Positions 7,091 to 15,625 of a stretch of 64,000 nucleotides of DNA are shown one piece after another. The notes under the pieces are model-generated. The model did not search any database. It worked only from the letters and a program-made list of their open reading frames with translations, and was not told the DNA's origin. How positions within the stretch are numbered: position 1 is the stretch's first letter; every line of letters starts with the position of its first letter. The stretch covers positions 62,001 to 126,000 of IMG/VR virus record IMGVR_UViG_3300035703_000008. The stretch is one strand, 5' to 3'. Made by a program: the position numbers and the translations under genes.

Positions 7091-7157
7091 TGATACAGAA
7101 CGCCGACCGTAGCAGTGTTCACTGCGAGCTCAAAATTCAAACTATAGGAAAACTTCA

Positions 7158-7709
7158 ATGAAGAAGATCATCGCATCTATTGTTGTATCTTTGTCTACCA
7201 TTGCGGCTCAAGCCTCGACCACCAGCGTGCTCAGCCTGGGCCAAGAAGAACTCAACTCTACTTCCAAGGCCAATCTCGCTACTGTTAGCATTTCAAAACG
7301 CCTGGAGTCGGGTGTGGAATTTTTCGCAAATGCCCATAGGATCACTCCTGTGGCAGAAAAGTCTTCGTCGGAATATCGCCCCGAACTGGGGTTGGGTTAT
7401 GCTGCACCTACACCGGCGGGGCTGGCCTATGCTCAAGCCTTTGTAGGCCAGCGTGTGCTACCCAATCGAGCCAATGCCGACTATCATGGCGTTCGTGTGG
7501 GTCTGCGCACACCCATCGCTGCAGGTTGGTTCACTGATGTATCGTATCGGTATCGCGACGCACACAGCATCGCCTGGGAAAACCATACCTATGTGGCTGG
7601 GGTGGGCCATAGTATCACCAAATCCACTGCAGTGGTAGTTGGTGTTGGGAAAACCACCGGCGATTATCAATCTAAAGGTGTACAACTGCTGTTGGTCACT
7701 CGCCACTGA
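7158..7709 (+). CDS. outer-membrane beta-barrel/porin-like protein
   Basis: Signal peptide MKKIIASIVVSLSTIAAQA and alternating amphipathic beta-strands (YRPELGLGY, VRVGLRTPI, FTDVSYRYR, HTYVAGVGH). Confidence 0.7.
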   Translation: MKKIIASIVVSLSTIAAQASTTSVLSLGQEELNSTSKANLATVSISKRLESGVEFFANAHRITPVAEKSSSEYRPELGLGYAAPTPAGLAYAQAFVGQRVLPNRANADYHGVRVGLRTPIAAGWFTDVSYRYRDAHSIAWENHTYVAGVGHSITKSTAVVVGVGKTTGDYQSKGVQLLLVTRH

Positions 7710-7721
7710 TAGGAAACGATC

Positions 7722-8960
7722 ATGGACATCAAAACTCGCGTAAATCTTTCGTCGACCATGGGAGCAACATTTGCCTGGTACGATTTTGCTATCTTTAACA
7801 TCGCTGTGGCACTGATATTCCCCCAGCTGTTTTTCACGGGCATGGGTTTTCTCATCCCTGTATTGGTGTTTGCCGTAGGTACAGTGGCTCGCCCTTTGGG
7901 CAGCTTGGTTTTTGGCTACATCGGAGATCGGCTCGGTCGAAAAACAGCTTTGATATCTACCCTGTATCTCACTGGCATCACCACTGTGGCCATTGGCCTC
8001 ATGCCCACATATCAGGACATAGGCGTGATCGCCACTGTGCTGCTGATCACGGCTCGCTTGATACAGACCGTGGCCGTGGGAGGAGAATGGGCCGCGGCCT
8101 CGACCATGATGCTGGAATACAATGTGGAAAGTACCAGGAAAGGATTTATCTCCAGTTTTATCACTTCGGGATTCGCACTGGCACACATCCTCGCTTCCTT
8201 GGTTTTCATGATAGTCACGCAGTTCGGCGATGAATTCTTTGCCACTGTTGGCTGGAGGATTCCTTTCTTACTCAGCGCCTTCATGTTGTTGATCGGTGTA
8301 TATGTGCGTCGTAAAATCCTGGAAACTCCCGAGTTTGAGCAAATGAAATCCCAGGGAACCATACAAAAAAATCCAGTGGCTGCGCTGTTCAGGGATCATC
8401 TCAGGCCCATGGTAGTGGGTGCCTTGTCTGTGAGCCTAGGGCCTGCCTGGTTTTATACCCTGATCACTGCAGGATCAGCTTATGTGCTCAGCGCTGGACT
8501 ATTGACTCGGTCCGACCTCACTCAACAGCAGTTTGCGGCATGGTGGGTGATACTGGGCATCATGTTGTTGTGTGGATGGCTGATCGACAAAGTCAAGCCC
8601 TACTACATGTTTGTGGCCACTTCGGTGTTTTCAGTCATATTGGCCTTGCCAGTGATCGGTTGGCTGCAGCAAGGGCAAATTTTGTGGGCCATGGTAGGCA
8701 CTGGGGTGATCATGACCCCGGCACTGATGACAGCTCCTTATCTTTTTTGCAAAATGTACCCGGCGCCGGTTCGACAAACCGGTAGCGGATGGACCTATGG
8801 CATAGGACTGGCATTGTCGGGACTGTTTACGGTGCTGGCACAAAAAGTGGTGGGCACCACCGGTGATATCTACTCGCTGATCTATGTGTTTGGAGTGTTG
8901 ACTGTGATCACTTTGGTTACCGGCGGACTTTACCTGAGAAAGTACAGCCAAGAATCATGA
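7722..8960 (+). CDS. MFS transporter, metabolite:H+ symporter (MHS; ShiA/ProP-like)
   Basis: GATFAWYDFAIF, ARPLGSLVFGYIGDRLGRK, GGEW, GWRIPF, ETPEF; about 12 hydrophobic segments. Confidence 0.92.
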   Translation: MDIKTRVNLSSTMGATFAWYDFAIFNIAVALIFPQLFFTGMGFLIPVLVFAVGTVARPLGSLVFGYIGDRLGRKTALISTLYLTGITTVAIGLMPTYQDIGVIATVLLITARLIQTVAVGGEWAAASTMMLEYNVESTRKGFISSFITSGFALAHILASLVFMIVTQFGDEFFATVGWRIPFLLSAFMLLIGVYVRRKILETPEFEQMKSQGTIQKNPVAALFRDHLRPMVVGALSVSLGPAWFYTLITAGSAYVLSAGLLTRSDLTQQQFAAWWVILGIMLLCGWLIDKVKPYYMFVATSVFSVILALPVIGWLQQGQILWAMVGTGVIMTPALMTAPYLFCKMYPAPVRQTGSGWTYGIGLALSGLFTVLAQKVVGTTGDIYSLIYVFGVLTVITLVTGGLYLRKYSQES

Positions 8961-10414
8961 TGCTGATAGATCTCTTACTGAATCACCCCAATGGTGATCA
9001 TATCGTATATCGTGGCACTGGTGTGGTGACCGTGAGAGATCTACAAACCATGTGCCAAAGCACTGCAAGATCTCTCAGAGACATGAATGTCGGTCCCGGG
9101 GATCGAGTGGTACTGATCGGCAATGACAGCGCTGAATGGGCTGCTACATTTTGGGCTCTTGTGCTGTTGGGAGCCCACGCTGTGATCCTACATGCAAATA
9201 TGCCGCAAGAACACGTGAACAACGTGATAAAAAAGCACCGAGTCAAACTGGTTTGCACAGATCAATCGAGATTCGACGATGTCGCTGTTTTTGACATAAA
9301 GTCAAAGGTTAAATCGAACATCGGACAGCCGATCGCACCATTTGATCATAAATCAAACACGCTGCTGAGCTGGCCTTCGTCGGGCACCAATGGCACATTC
9401 AAGCTCATCGAACATACCAATGCCAGTTTATGTGCGGCTACAATGTCTCTGGATAATTATGCATCCAGTCGCGAGGTACATCGCGGGGACGTGATTTTTT
9501 GCGGTGCCAAGATGTCGTTTGGCCTAGGATGGCTGTTCAATGTGCTGGGATGTTTGCACTTGCATATCACATCAGTGATTGGTACCGGCCTTGCAGAGTT
9601 GCGTAGTTTTTCGGCGATCGCCGAAAAACATCAGGTACAACATGTGGTAGTCACCCCTTACATATTAGACATCATACACAGAACATCCATGTGCCTTCCT
9701 GACAGTGTCAGGACTATATGTACCAGTGCGGAACCATTGCCTGATCGATTGATTGCGGACATAAAACAAAAATTTTCAATTGATGTAACAAACATCTACG
9801 GTCTTTGTGAATTGTTTATCGTGACCATGGCCGACCAAGATCGATCTTCCAACAGTGCTGGAAAGGTTGTCAACGGAGTAAATTATCGTTTGATCAGCGA
9901 TGATGGAAATGTTATCGGCCTGACTGGATGCGGAATCTTGCAGATCAAAAGTGGATCACAATTTGTTGGCTATCTCGATGACCCGGAATCTACTCGACAG
10001 GTGCTAAGAGATGGTTGGGTACATACCAACGACATGGTCGATGTGCTCGAGGACGGAGAAGTGATTTTCCTAGGGCGAGCCAATTCATGTATAAAAGTCA
10101 AAGGTCATTGGGTATCTTTGCTAGAAATCGAGCAGGCGATATCTCAGATCAGTGGTATCAATGATTGTGTGGTAGTAAAATCCACAGACTCTCAGGGATT
10201 CGATTCGATTTCAGCTTTTGTAGTCGTCGACAACAATTCTGATCTGAGATGTGTGGACACGATCAGAGATCGCCTGAGACGTGATCTAGGTAAAAAATAT
10301 CTCATGCCTTCAGACATATATCTCATCGATGAGATTCCTCGCACAGTGAATCTCAAAAAACTTCGTAATATTTCAGCCATGAATCAATGGCTAGAACAAA
10401 GGAACATGATATGA
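8957..10414 (+). CDS. AMP-forming acyl-CoA ligase (ANL adenylating enzyme), copy 1
   Basis: P-loop variant SSGTNGTFK, YGLCE, GWVHTND, GRANSCIKVKGHWVSLLEIE, IPRTVNLKKLR. ATGA-coupled to the MFS gene. Confidence 0.87.
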   Translation: MMLIDLLLNHPNGDHIVYRGTGVVTVRDLQTMCQSTARSLRDMNVGPGDRVVLIGNDSAEWAATFWALVLLGAHAVILHANMPQEHVNNVIKKHRVKLVCTDQSRFDDVAVFDIKSKVKSNIGQPIAPFDHKSNTLLSWPSSGTNGTFKLIEHTNASLCAATMSLDNYASSREVHRGDVIFCGAKMSFGLGWLFNVLGCLHLHITSVIGTGLAELRSFSAIAEKHQVQHVVVTPYILDIIHRTSMCLPDSVRTICTSAEPLPDRLIADIKQKFSIDVTNIYGLCELFIVTMADQDRSSNSAGKVVNGVNYRLISDDGNVIGLTGCGILQIKSGSQFVGYLDDPESTRQVLRDGWVHTNDMVDVLEDGEVIFLGRANSCIKVKGHWVSLLEIEQAISQISGINDCVVVKSTDSQGFDSISAFVVVDNNSDLRCVDTIRDRLRRDLGKKYLMPSDIYLIDEIPRTVNLKKLRNISAMNQWLEQRNMI

Positions 10415-11862
10415 ACTTTGCTGAATTTATTTTTGATCGGGTACGAAATCATGCTGGTGTGGCCTATTATTGCGGCGACCAGCAACTGTTGTTTCGAGAC
10501 CTCGAACCCCGAGTGAGAGAAACTGCTGGCTTCCTTGGCAGCCAGGGTGTGGATCATCACAGCACTGTGATGATCAATCTTCCCAACAGCCCCGAGTGGC
10601 CGGTGATATTTTATGCTCTTACCTTACTGGGTGCCCGGATCATGGTCACCCATGCCAATCTCGATCCGATCAGCCTCAAAACCATCGCTGCCAGGATCAA
10701 GTCCACACACATCATCGCTGTGACTGAGCGGGATCTAGGTCCGATCAATGTGTTGCTAGAACACATAACACATGACAGATCGGGATTTTTTTACAACGGC
10801 AGTCATGACTACAACGATGATGATCTGCACTTCATGATCACCACATCGGGCACCAGCGGTCGGCAGAAGATCGTCAAGCATCGCCATATTTCTTGTGTGA
10901 ATCTTTGTCGCGAGTTTGACCGTCGTGAAACCATCTATCAGGACCTCGATGAGTCGTCGGTGATCCTGTGTACAGCTAATCTAAACTTTCTCTACGGTCT
11001 TGGCACCTGTGTTTGTCTAGGTCCCAGCCAGGGTGTGCCCACCGTGATCTTCGACCAAACTCTCACTCCCAAAAATATCATCGGGTTGGCCAATCGATTC
11101 CGAGTCACACATCTGTTCAGTGGCCCAGCTGGGTACATGCTGATGACCAAGTATCCCGGAGACGACCTCCTACCCGACTCTGTCAAGTGTTGCGTGTCCG
11201 GCGGAGAGAAACTGCTGGCCAGCGTGTCCAGAGAATTTGAAAACAAGTTTGGACATCGAGTCTACGACTGCATCGGATGCAGCGAGTTGTTTTGGTTTTT
11301 TCTCGGGGAATGGTCTGGCAACATCAGATCCGGCAGCATGGGTCGGCCTTTCCCCGGGCACGATATCAAGGTGGTCAATGCCGACGGTACTCCGTGTCCG
11401 GTTGGCGAAATTGGCTACCTTGTGGTCAAGACCAACGTGATCAGTGCTGGTTATTTTGACGATGCTGAAGGCAACAGATTCAGCTTCCGCGACGGATGGT
11501 TTTGGACCAATGATCTCGTCAAGGTTGACGAGGATGGATACTTCTTTTATCTGGGCCGGCACGGACAACTGCACAAGGTGCACGGGATCTGGGTCAATCT
11601 CCTGGAAGTGGAAGACTATGTGAGTGCCTTGCCGGAAATCACCGACTGCCTGGCCAAGTTCGTGATCGACGATCGTGGACTGGTCGAAGTGGAAGCACAG
11701 GTAGTGACATCTCTGCAGGAGCCAGCAGCTGACATACGCCGTCGGCTACTGGAGATAGTTCCGCCCTGCCAGATGCCAAAATTTGTTACCTTGGTCAATG
11801 AAATACCTCGCACCATGAACGGCAAAAAAATACGTGATCTCGCTATCATCAATCAATCATGA
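10411..11862 (+). CDS. AMP-forming acyl-CoA ligase, benzoate-CoA-ligase-like, copy 2
   Basis: TTSGTSGRQK, YDCIGCSE, GSMGRPFPG, DGWFWTNDL, KVHGIWVNLLEVE, IPRTMNGKKIR. Start taken at the ATGA overlap (10411) rather than the ORF-track start 10387. Confidence 0.88.
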   Translation: MNFAEFIFDRVRNHAGVAYYCGDQQLLFRDLEPRVRETAGFLGSQGVDHHSTVMINLPNSPEWPVIFYALTLLGARIMVTHANLDPISLKTIAARIKSTHIIAVTERDLGPINVLLEHITHDRSGFFYNGSHDYNDDDLHFMITTSGTSGRQKIVKHRHISCVNLCREFDRRETIYQDLDESSVILCTANLNFLYGLGTCVCLGPSQGVPTVIFDQTLTPKNIIGLANRFRVTHLFSGPAGYMLMTKYPGDDLLPDSVKCCVSGGEKLLASVSREFENKFGHRVYDCIGCSELFWFFLGEWSGNIRSGSMGRPFPGHDIKVVNADGTPCPVGEIGYLVVKTNVISAGYFDDAEGNRFSFRDGWFWTNDLVKVDEDGYFFYLGRHGQLHKVHGIWVNLLEVEDYVSALPEITDCLAKFVIDDRGLVEVEAQVVTSLQEPAADIRRRLLEIVPPCQMPKFVTLVNEIPRTMNGKKIRDLAIINQS

Positions 11863-12590
11863 TCAAATCGCGCCCTTTGATTTTCATCGGTTCTCGATAC
11901 TACATGAACGATCTAGCCATCACAGCCGAGCTCATGGGTCTGGAAGTGCTGGGAATACTGGATCATCAGTATCACGGCAACACCGACGAAATTTCGAGCA
12001 TACCAGTGATCGGCAGCGATCACTGGTTGCTGGATCCCGAGAATCGAGAAGCACGAGTCTGGAAAAACACCTGTGATTTTTTTGTAGCCACACTGGACAC
12101 CGGTGAGCAAGAACGTGATCCAGCGAAAAATCGCACTCGACTCCGACAACAACGAATCAACATGCTCGAAGAGCTGGCACTTGGCACTGTCAATCTCATT
12201 GATCCTGAATCGCGCATCGTGCGCGATCAACGGTCGAGATTCTCACGTATCTCTCTGGGTCGCGGCATTTATGTGGCTCCGTTCGTGGACATCAATCACG
12301 AAGTAGTGATAGGCGACTTTTCCACCTTTGAGCATCAGAGCTATATCGGACATCATATCACCATCGGCAAGAACGTCACAGTATTGCCCACTGCTCGTAT
12401 ATGCCACTGCGACATCGGTGATCACGCTGTGATTGGCTACGGGTCCTGGACTAGACACGACGAACGCAAGAGTCGCTATCGTATAGGTTCTAGAAGCACA
12501 GTGTGGAGCCACACCTGTATCGATCGAAGCTGCCCCGACGATCATGTCTATACCAATGTTGGTAAGATTTTACGGAAAAGATCGGTATAG
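11859..12590 (+). CDS. NeuD/PglD-like sugar acyltransferase (left-handed beta-helix)
   Basis: N-terminal Rossmann-like LIFIGS...LEVLGILD, then hexapeptide repeats (ISLGRGIYV, VVIGDFSTF, ITIGKNVTV, CDIGDHAVIG). ATGA-coupled. Confidence 0.8.
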   Translation: MIKSRPLIFIGSRYYMNDLAITAELMGLEVLGILDHQYHGNTDEISSIPVIGSDHWLLDPENREARVWKNTCDFFVATLDTGEQERDPAKNRTRLRQQRINMLEELALGTVNLIDPESRIVRDQRSRFSRISLGRGIYVAPFVDINHEVVIGDFSTFEHQSYIGHHITIGKNVTVLPTARICHCDIGDHAVIGYGSWTRHDERKSRYRIGSRSTVWSHTCIDRSCPDDHVYTNVGKILRKRSV

Positions 12591-12591
12591 T

Positions 12592-13437
12592 CTAAAATCT
12601 TTTCCATCTCGATATCGAGTCTTGATGAGATCGATACCATGGTCCTAGTTCTTTGGCGAGAAAATCATTGTCGGAAAGGCTGTCTCGACTGAGTATCTTT
12701 CCTAAAAATTTTTTTCTGAAGTCAACGCTGTAGCATGTGCGACCCGAATACAAGGCATCGAATAACACATTGGTCAATCTTCGATGATTACTGAGACAAA
12801 GATGTCCGGTGCGTATATCACCAGCAGTGAGACCACATATGGCTTTGTCTGACCACTCCTGTCCCAGCTCCCATTGGCTGACTTGAAAAAGATAAAAATC
12901 AGTCCAGGTAAAACCTTTGATGTTGTGGTCGAATCCGCGAGAAAATTCTCTCAATGCAGAAAGACTTTCTTGAAAACATGGTATGGCCAAGACTCGGTAA
13001 TCGTGCTGTTGTGCGTGTAGTACTACATGCCCCAGCCAGTCAGCCATTGACACCGATCGCAGCTCGGGATCAAAAATATTGTATATTTTTCCAAAGTTTG
13101 CTTTGCCGTAGTGGTCTATCCACACCGAGACATCAGTCTCGCACACATCATCACGATCCAACCAAGCACGGTTGGGATTGGTCAGCACAAGTACCACTAA
13201 ATCTCCACTGGAAAAATTCGATCTCTGTTGATGCCATTGCCAACGAGAATATTCCATGGCCGACCCTGATGCCGAATAGTTTGAGTAGCTGAGCCCCAGA
13301 TATCTAGCCAGACTTGCTGGCCAAATAGGAAAATCTAATAGGTCACTGAGAGGAACCGGTGGCTTACGCTGATGCAGATGATGTCCGGGCATGTCACACC
13401 CATAACTATCACCAAAAATCCAAAGCCTGGATGTCAT
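12592..13437 (-). CDS. SGNH/GDSL-like hydrolase or acyltransferase
   Basis: WIFGDSYG, NYSASGSA, DIRTGHL (DxxxH-like). Tandem paralogue of the 13441 gene. Confidence 0.65.
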   Translation of the reverse strand: MTSRLWIFGDSYGCDMPGHHLHQRKPPVPLSDLLDFPIWPASLARYLGLSYSNYSASGSAMEYSRWQWHQQRSNFSSGDLVVLVLTNPNRAWLDRDDVCETDVSVWIDHYGKANFGKIYNIFDPELRSVSMADWLGHVVLHAQQHDYRVLAIPCFQESLSALREFSRGFDHNIKGFTWTDFYLFQVSQWELGQEWSDKAICGLTAGDIRTGHLCLSNHRRLTNVLFDALYSGRTCYSVDFRKKFLGKILSRDSLSDNDFLAKELGPWYRSHQDSISRWKRF

Positions 13438-13440
13438 GAT

Positions 13441-14274
13441 TTAGGAAATAGTCAATGCCGATTGTATACGGCGGTTGTGTCGAGTATACCAACTTCCAAG
13501 TTCGCGACAAAGAAAATCATGATCGCGTAATGTATCAGGGTTGAGTATTTCTGCCACGAAATTCTGTTTTAGATTCCAGGTCATGTTGTGTTGTTGAGCA
13601 TTTATAGCTCGGTAGATCAGGTCAGCAAGCACGCCGTGATTGGTGGCGGTAAAATGCCCGTTGCGTATGTCTCCGCCGAACATCAATGGACTTTTGTATC
13701 TCCAAGCTGGGTATAACTCCAGCACAGATAATTCGTATAAGTTGATATCAAGCCATACGCAACAACCAGGGACTTGGGTCAAGCCCTCGAACAATGTTTT
13801 TACGATGCGTTGACTCTCAATGAACGCAGGGACTATCACTAGTCGATATCCATTGTGTTGGGCATGTAATATCGCATGTCCCACCCAACCAGCGAGATTC
13901 TCGCCTTTGATGTCGGGATCAACAAGATTGAGTATGGATTTTGCGCACTGCTTGTCTAGCTGTTCTAACCAGGAGAAAGAATGCGCATTTTCCGGCTGAG
14001 CTCGATCAAACCACACACGGGATGGTTCCGTAAGGATCAATGTTACTACATCCCCGGGATTGAAGTTGGCTTTTTGTTGGTTCCACTGCCATTGGGAATA
14101 TTCAATGGCGGATCCACTAACCGAAAAATTCCTGTACTCCATGCCCAATTTACGGCATAGTAGATCTGGCCAAACAGGCAATTCCAAATCTATCAGTTGA
14201 TCACGACGACGTCCAGGGTGGTCCGAGAGATCGCACCCAAAGCTATCACCAAACACCCAAAATTTCGCTGTCAT
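13441..14274 (-). CDS. SGNH/GDSL-like hydrolase or acyltransferase
   Basis: WVFGDSFG, NFSVSGSA, DIRNGHF. Start placed at ATG 14274, 5 nt after a TAAATA box. Confidence 0.65.
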   Translation of the reverse strand: MTAKFWVFGDSFGCDLSDHPGRRRDQLIDLELPVWPDLLCRKLGMEYRNFSVSGSAIEYSQWQWNQQKANFNPGDVVTLILTEPSRVWFDRAQPENAHSFSWLEQLDKQCAKSILNLVDPDIKGENLAGWVGHAILHAQHNGYRLVIVPAFIESQRIVKTLFEGLTQVPGCCVWLDINLYELSVLELYPAWRYKSPLMFGGDIRNGHFTATNHGVLADLIYRAINAQQHNMTWNLKQNFVAEILNPDTLRDHDFLCRELGSWYTRHNRRIQSALTIS

Positions 14275-14293
14275 GACAGTATTTAACCACAGG

Positions 14294-14322
14294 TTGACCA
14301 AAAATTGTTCTTTTCGTATAAT
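14294..14322 (+). promoter_or_regulatory. early promoter 1 (GTTGACCAAWAATT family)
   Basis: TTGACC-aaaaattgttcttttcg(17)-TATAAT. Confidence 0.85.
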
Positions 14323-14354
14323 ATAGACATACTGTAACTCAAAGGAGCCACAGC

Positions 14355-14531
14355 ATGTCTAAGAAACACTTCGAACTGCTCGCCAAATACATCGACTCCA
14401 TCCTGGACCCACATGCCCGTCTCCAAGCGGCCATCGCTGTGGCGTCGGCTTGTAAGGAAGCCAACAGTCGTTTCAACTGTGATCGCTTCTTTTACGCCTG
14501 TGGCGTTGGCCCCGAGCCACAAAGTAAGTAA
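14355..14531 (+). CDS. small early hypothetical protein, 58 aa
   Basis: Manual ORF MSKKHFELLAKYIDSI...RFNCDRFFYACG...*, with an AAAGGAG Shine-Dalgarno behind early promoter 1. Confidence 0.75.
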   Translation: MSKKHFELLAKYIDSILDPHARLQAAIAVASACKEANSRFNCDRFFYACGVGPEPQSK

Positions 14532-14557
14532 CTGCTAACCTAGCAGTTCCGGGGCGG

Positions 14558-14586
14558 TTGACCAAAAATTCCCAATTTCGTATAAT
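14558..14586 (+). promoter_or_regulatory. early promoter 2
   Basis: TTGACC-aaaaattcccaatttcg(17)-TATAAT. Confidence 0.85.
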
Positions 14587-14616
14587 ATGTGTATAGTGAA
14601 CGACAAGGAGCGAACA

Positions 14617-14802
14617 GTGAGCTGGATCAAAGACGGAGAGCATATCAACGCTACCTACATGGGCCACCCGGTATCCGGTGTTGTAGAAAGTAGCCGTGTC
14701 AAGTACGGCGGCCAAGTTCAGTATACTGTGGTTCTGGACCAGCCCATTAATCTTCCATGGCGGCAGGAGTTGGTGAGCCGCGTATTAATTGACAGGGAAT
14801 AA
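14617..14802 (+). CDS. early hypothetical protein
   Basis: ORF track 14587-14802. The GTG at 14617 follows an AAGGAG Shine-Dalgarno. Confidence 0.7.
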   Translation: MSWIKDGEHINATYMGHPVSGVVESSRVKYGGQVQYTVVLDQPINLPWRQELVSRVLIDRE

Positions 14803-14804
14803 CT

Positions 14805-15179
14805 ATGAAGATCCTGATCACCACACAATATCGTGAAAACTACGGAACCCCCACAGAGCCCTACTGGAAGTTCAAGGGCAGTGAGGATTACTTCATCCTG
14901 AACGTGGATCCGCTCAAGGTGGCACCCGGGCTCTTGGTTGACCAGGTGCGTGACCAGATCGAGTACACCGACCCCATGAGCGCGGAGTACATCGTGGATT
15001 GGAGCCTAGTCGAGGACGACTACATCACCGATTACGAGCGTGACCAGCTGGAATACGAAGGCGAGATCCGCTACCCAGCCCGAGTGCTCTACCCCGCTGC
15101 GGGCATCCAAGACCCCCGGGCCTGGATGAACATGGCCGCAGATCTCGATGCCCAACACTATGGTTACCAAGGAGCCTAG
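14805..15179 (+). CDS. early hypothetical phage protein
   Basis: MKILITTQYRENYG...YWKFKG; co-oriented and tightly packed. Confidence 0.75.
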   Translation: MKILITTQYRENYGTPTEPYWKFKGSEDYFILNVDPLKVAPGLLVDQVRDQIEYTDPMSAEYIVDWSLVEDDYITDYERDQLEYEGEIRYPARVLYPAAGIQDPRAWMNMAADLDAQHYGYQGA

Positions 15180-15180
15180 C

Positions 15181-15303
15181 ATGGATGAAATGCAACAAAG
15201 ACTGGTTGTGGCCGAGTGGATACAAGAAGCCCTGGCTGTACTGACCCGCGGTGTGATTTTTTACGCTGTGCCTTTGACTCTATACTGGACCATTGTGGAG
15301 TAA
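15181..15303 (+). CDS. small membrane hypothetical protein, 40 aa
   Basis: Manual ORF MDEMQQRLVVAEW...LYWTIVE*, AGGAG upstream; fills the gap exactly. Confidence 0.5.
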   Translation: MDEMQQRLVVAEWIQEALAVLTRGVIFYAVPLTLYWTIVE

Positions 15304-15306
15304 ACC

Positions 15307-15561
15307 ATGAGCAAACTCGAATTCGTCAAACGCCCATTGGTGAGATTTGATCCAGCCAATCAAGATCATCGTCGTTATTATGCCGAATATCTCAAAACTC
15401 GCGGCTGGGGATCGTGTCCGGTGAGATTCGTATGCCCCGACGAAGTGGGCCAGAGCCTACCAGCCATGATCCACAGCCAGTTGATGACCCACTACCTCAC
15501 CCAGGAATTCCAGGATCCGGAATTGCACCAGGCCCTTGCCCGTCCCGGGGCACTGATCTAG
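15307..15561 (+). CDS. hypothetical phage protein
   Basis: 84-aa ORF in operon context (RPLVRFDPANQDHR...WGSCPVRF). Confidence 0.7.
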   Translation: MSKLEFVKRPLVRFDPANQDHRRYYAEYLKTRGWGSCPVRFVCPDEVGQSLPAMIHSQLMTHYLTQEFQDPELHQALARPGALI

Positions 15562-15590
15562 TTGACCAATAATTGCACCATCGCTATAAT
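15562..15590 (+). promoter_or_regulatory. early promoter 3 (AAA ATPase)
   Basis: TTGACC-aataattgcaccatcgc(17)-TATAAT. Confidence 0.85.
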
Positions 15591-15625
15591 TGTAGGACAG
15601 TAAACACACGAGAGGACAAAGCCCT

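Noticed and set aside
7082-7098. LexA (SOS) box over the -10 of the porin operon
   Set aside because: The spacing is CTGT-N9-ACAG; the proteobacterial SOS box needs N8.
8957-11862. NRPS module
   Set aside because: Two stand-alone adenylating enzymes with no condensation, carrier-protein (GGxS) or thioesterase domain seen in the window.
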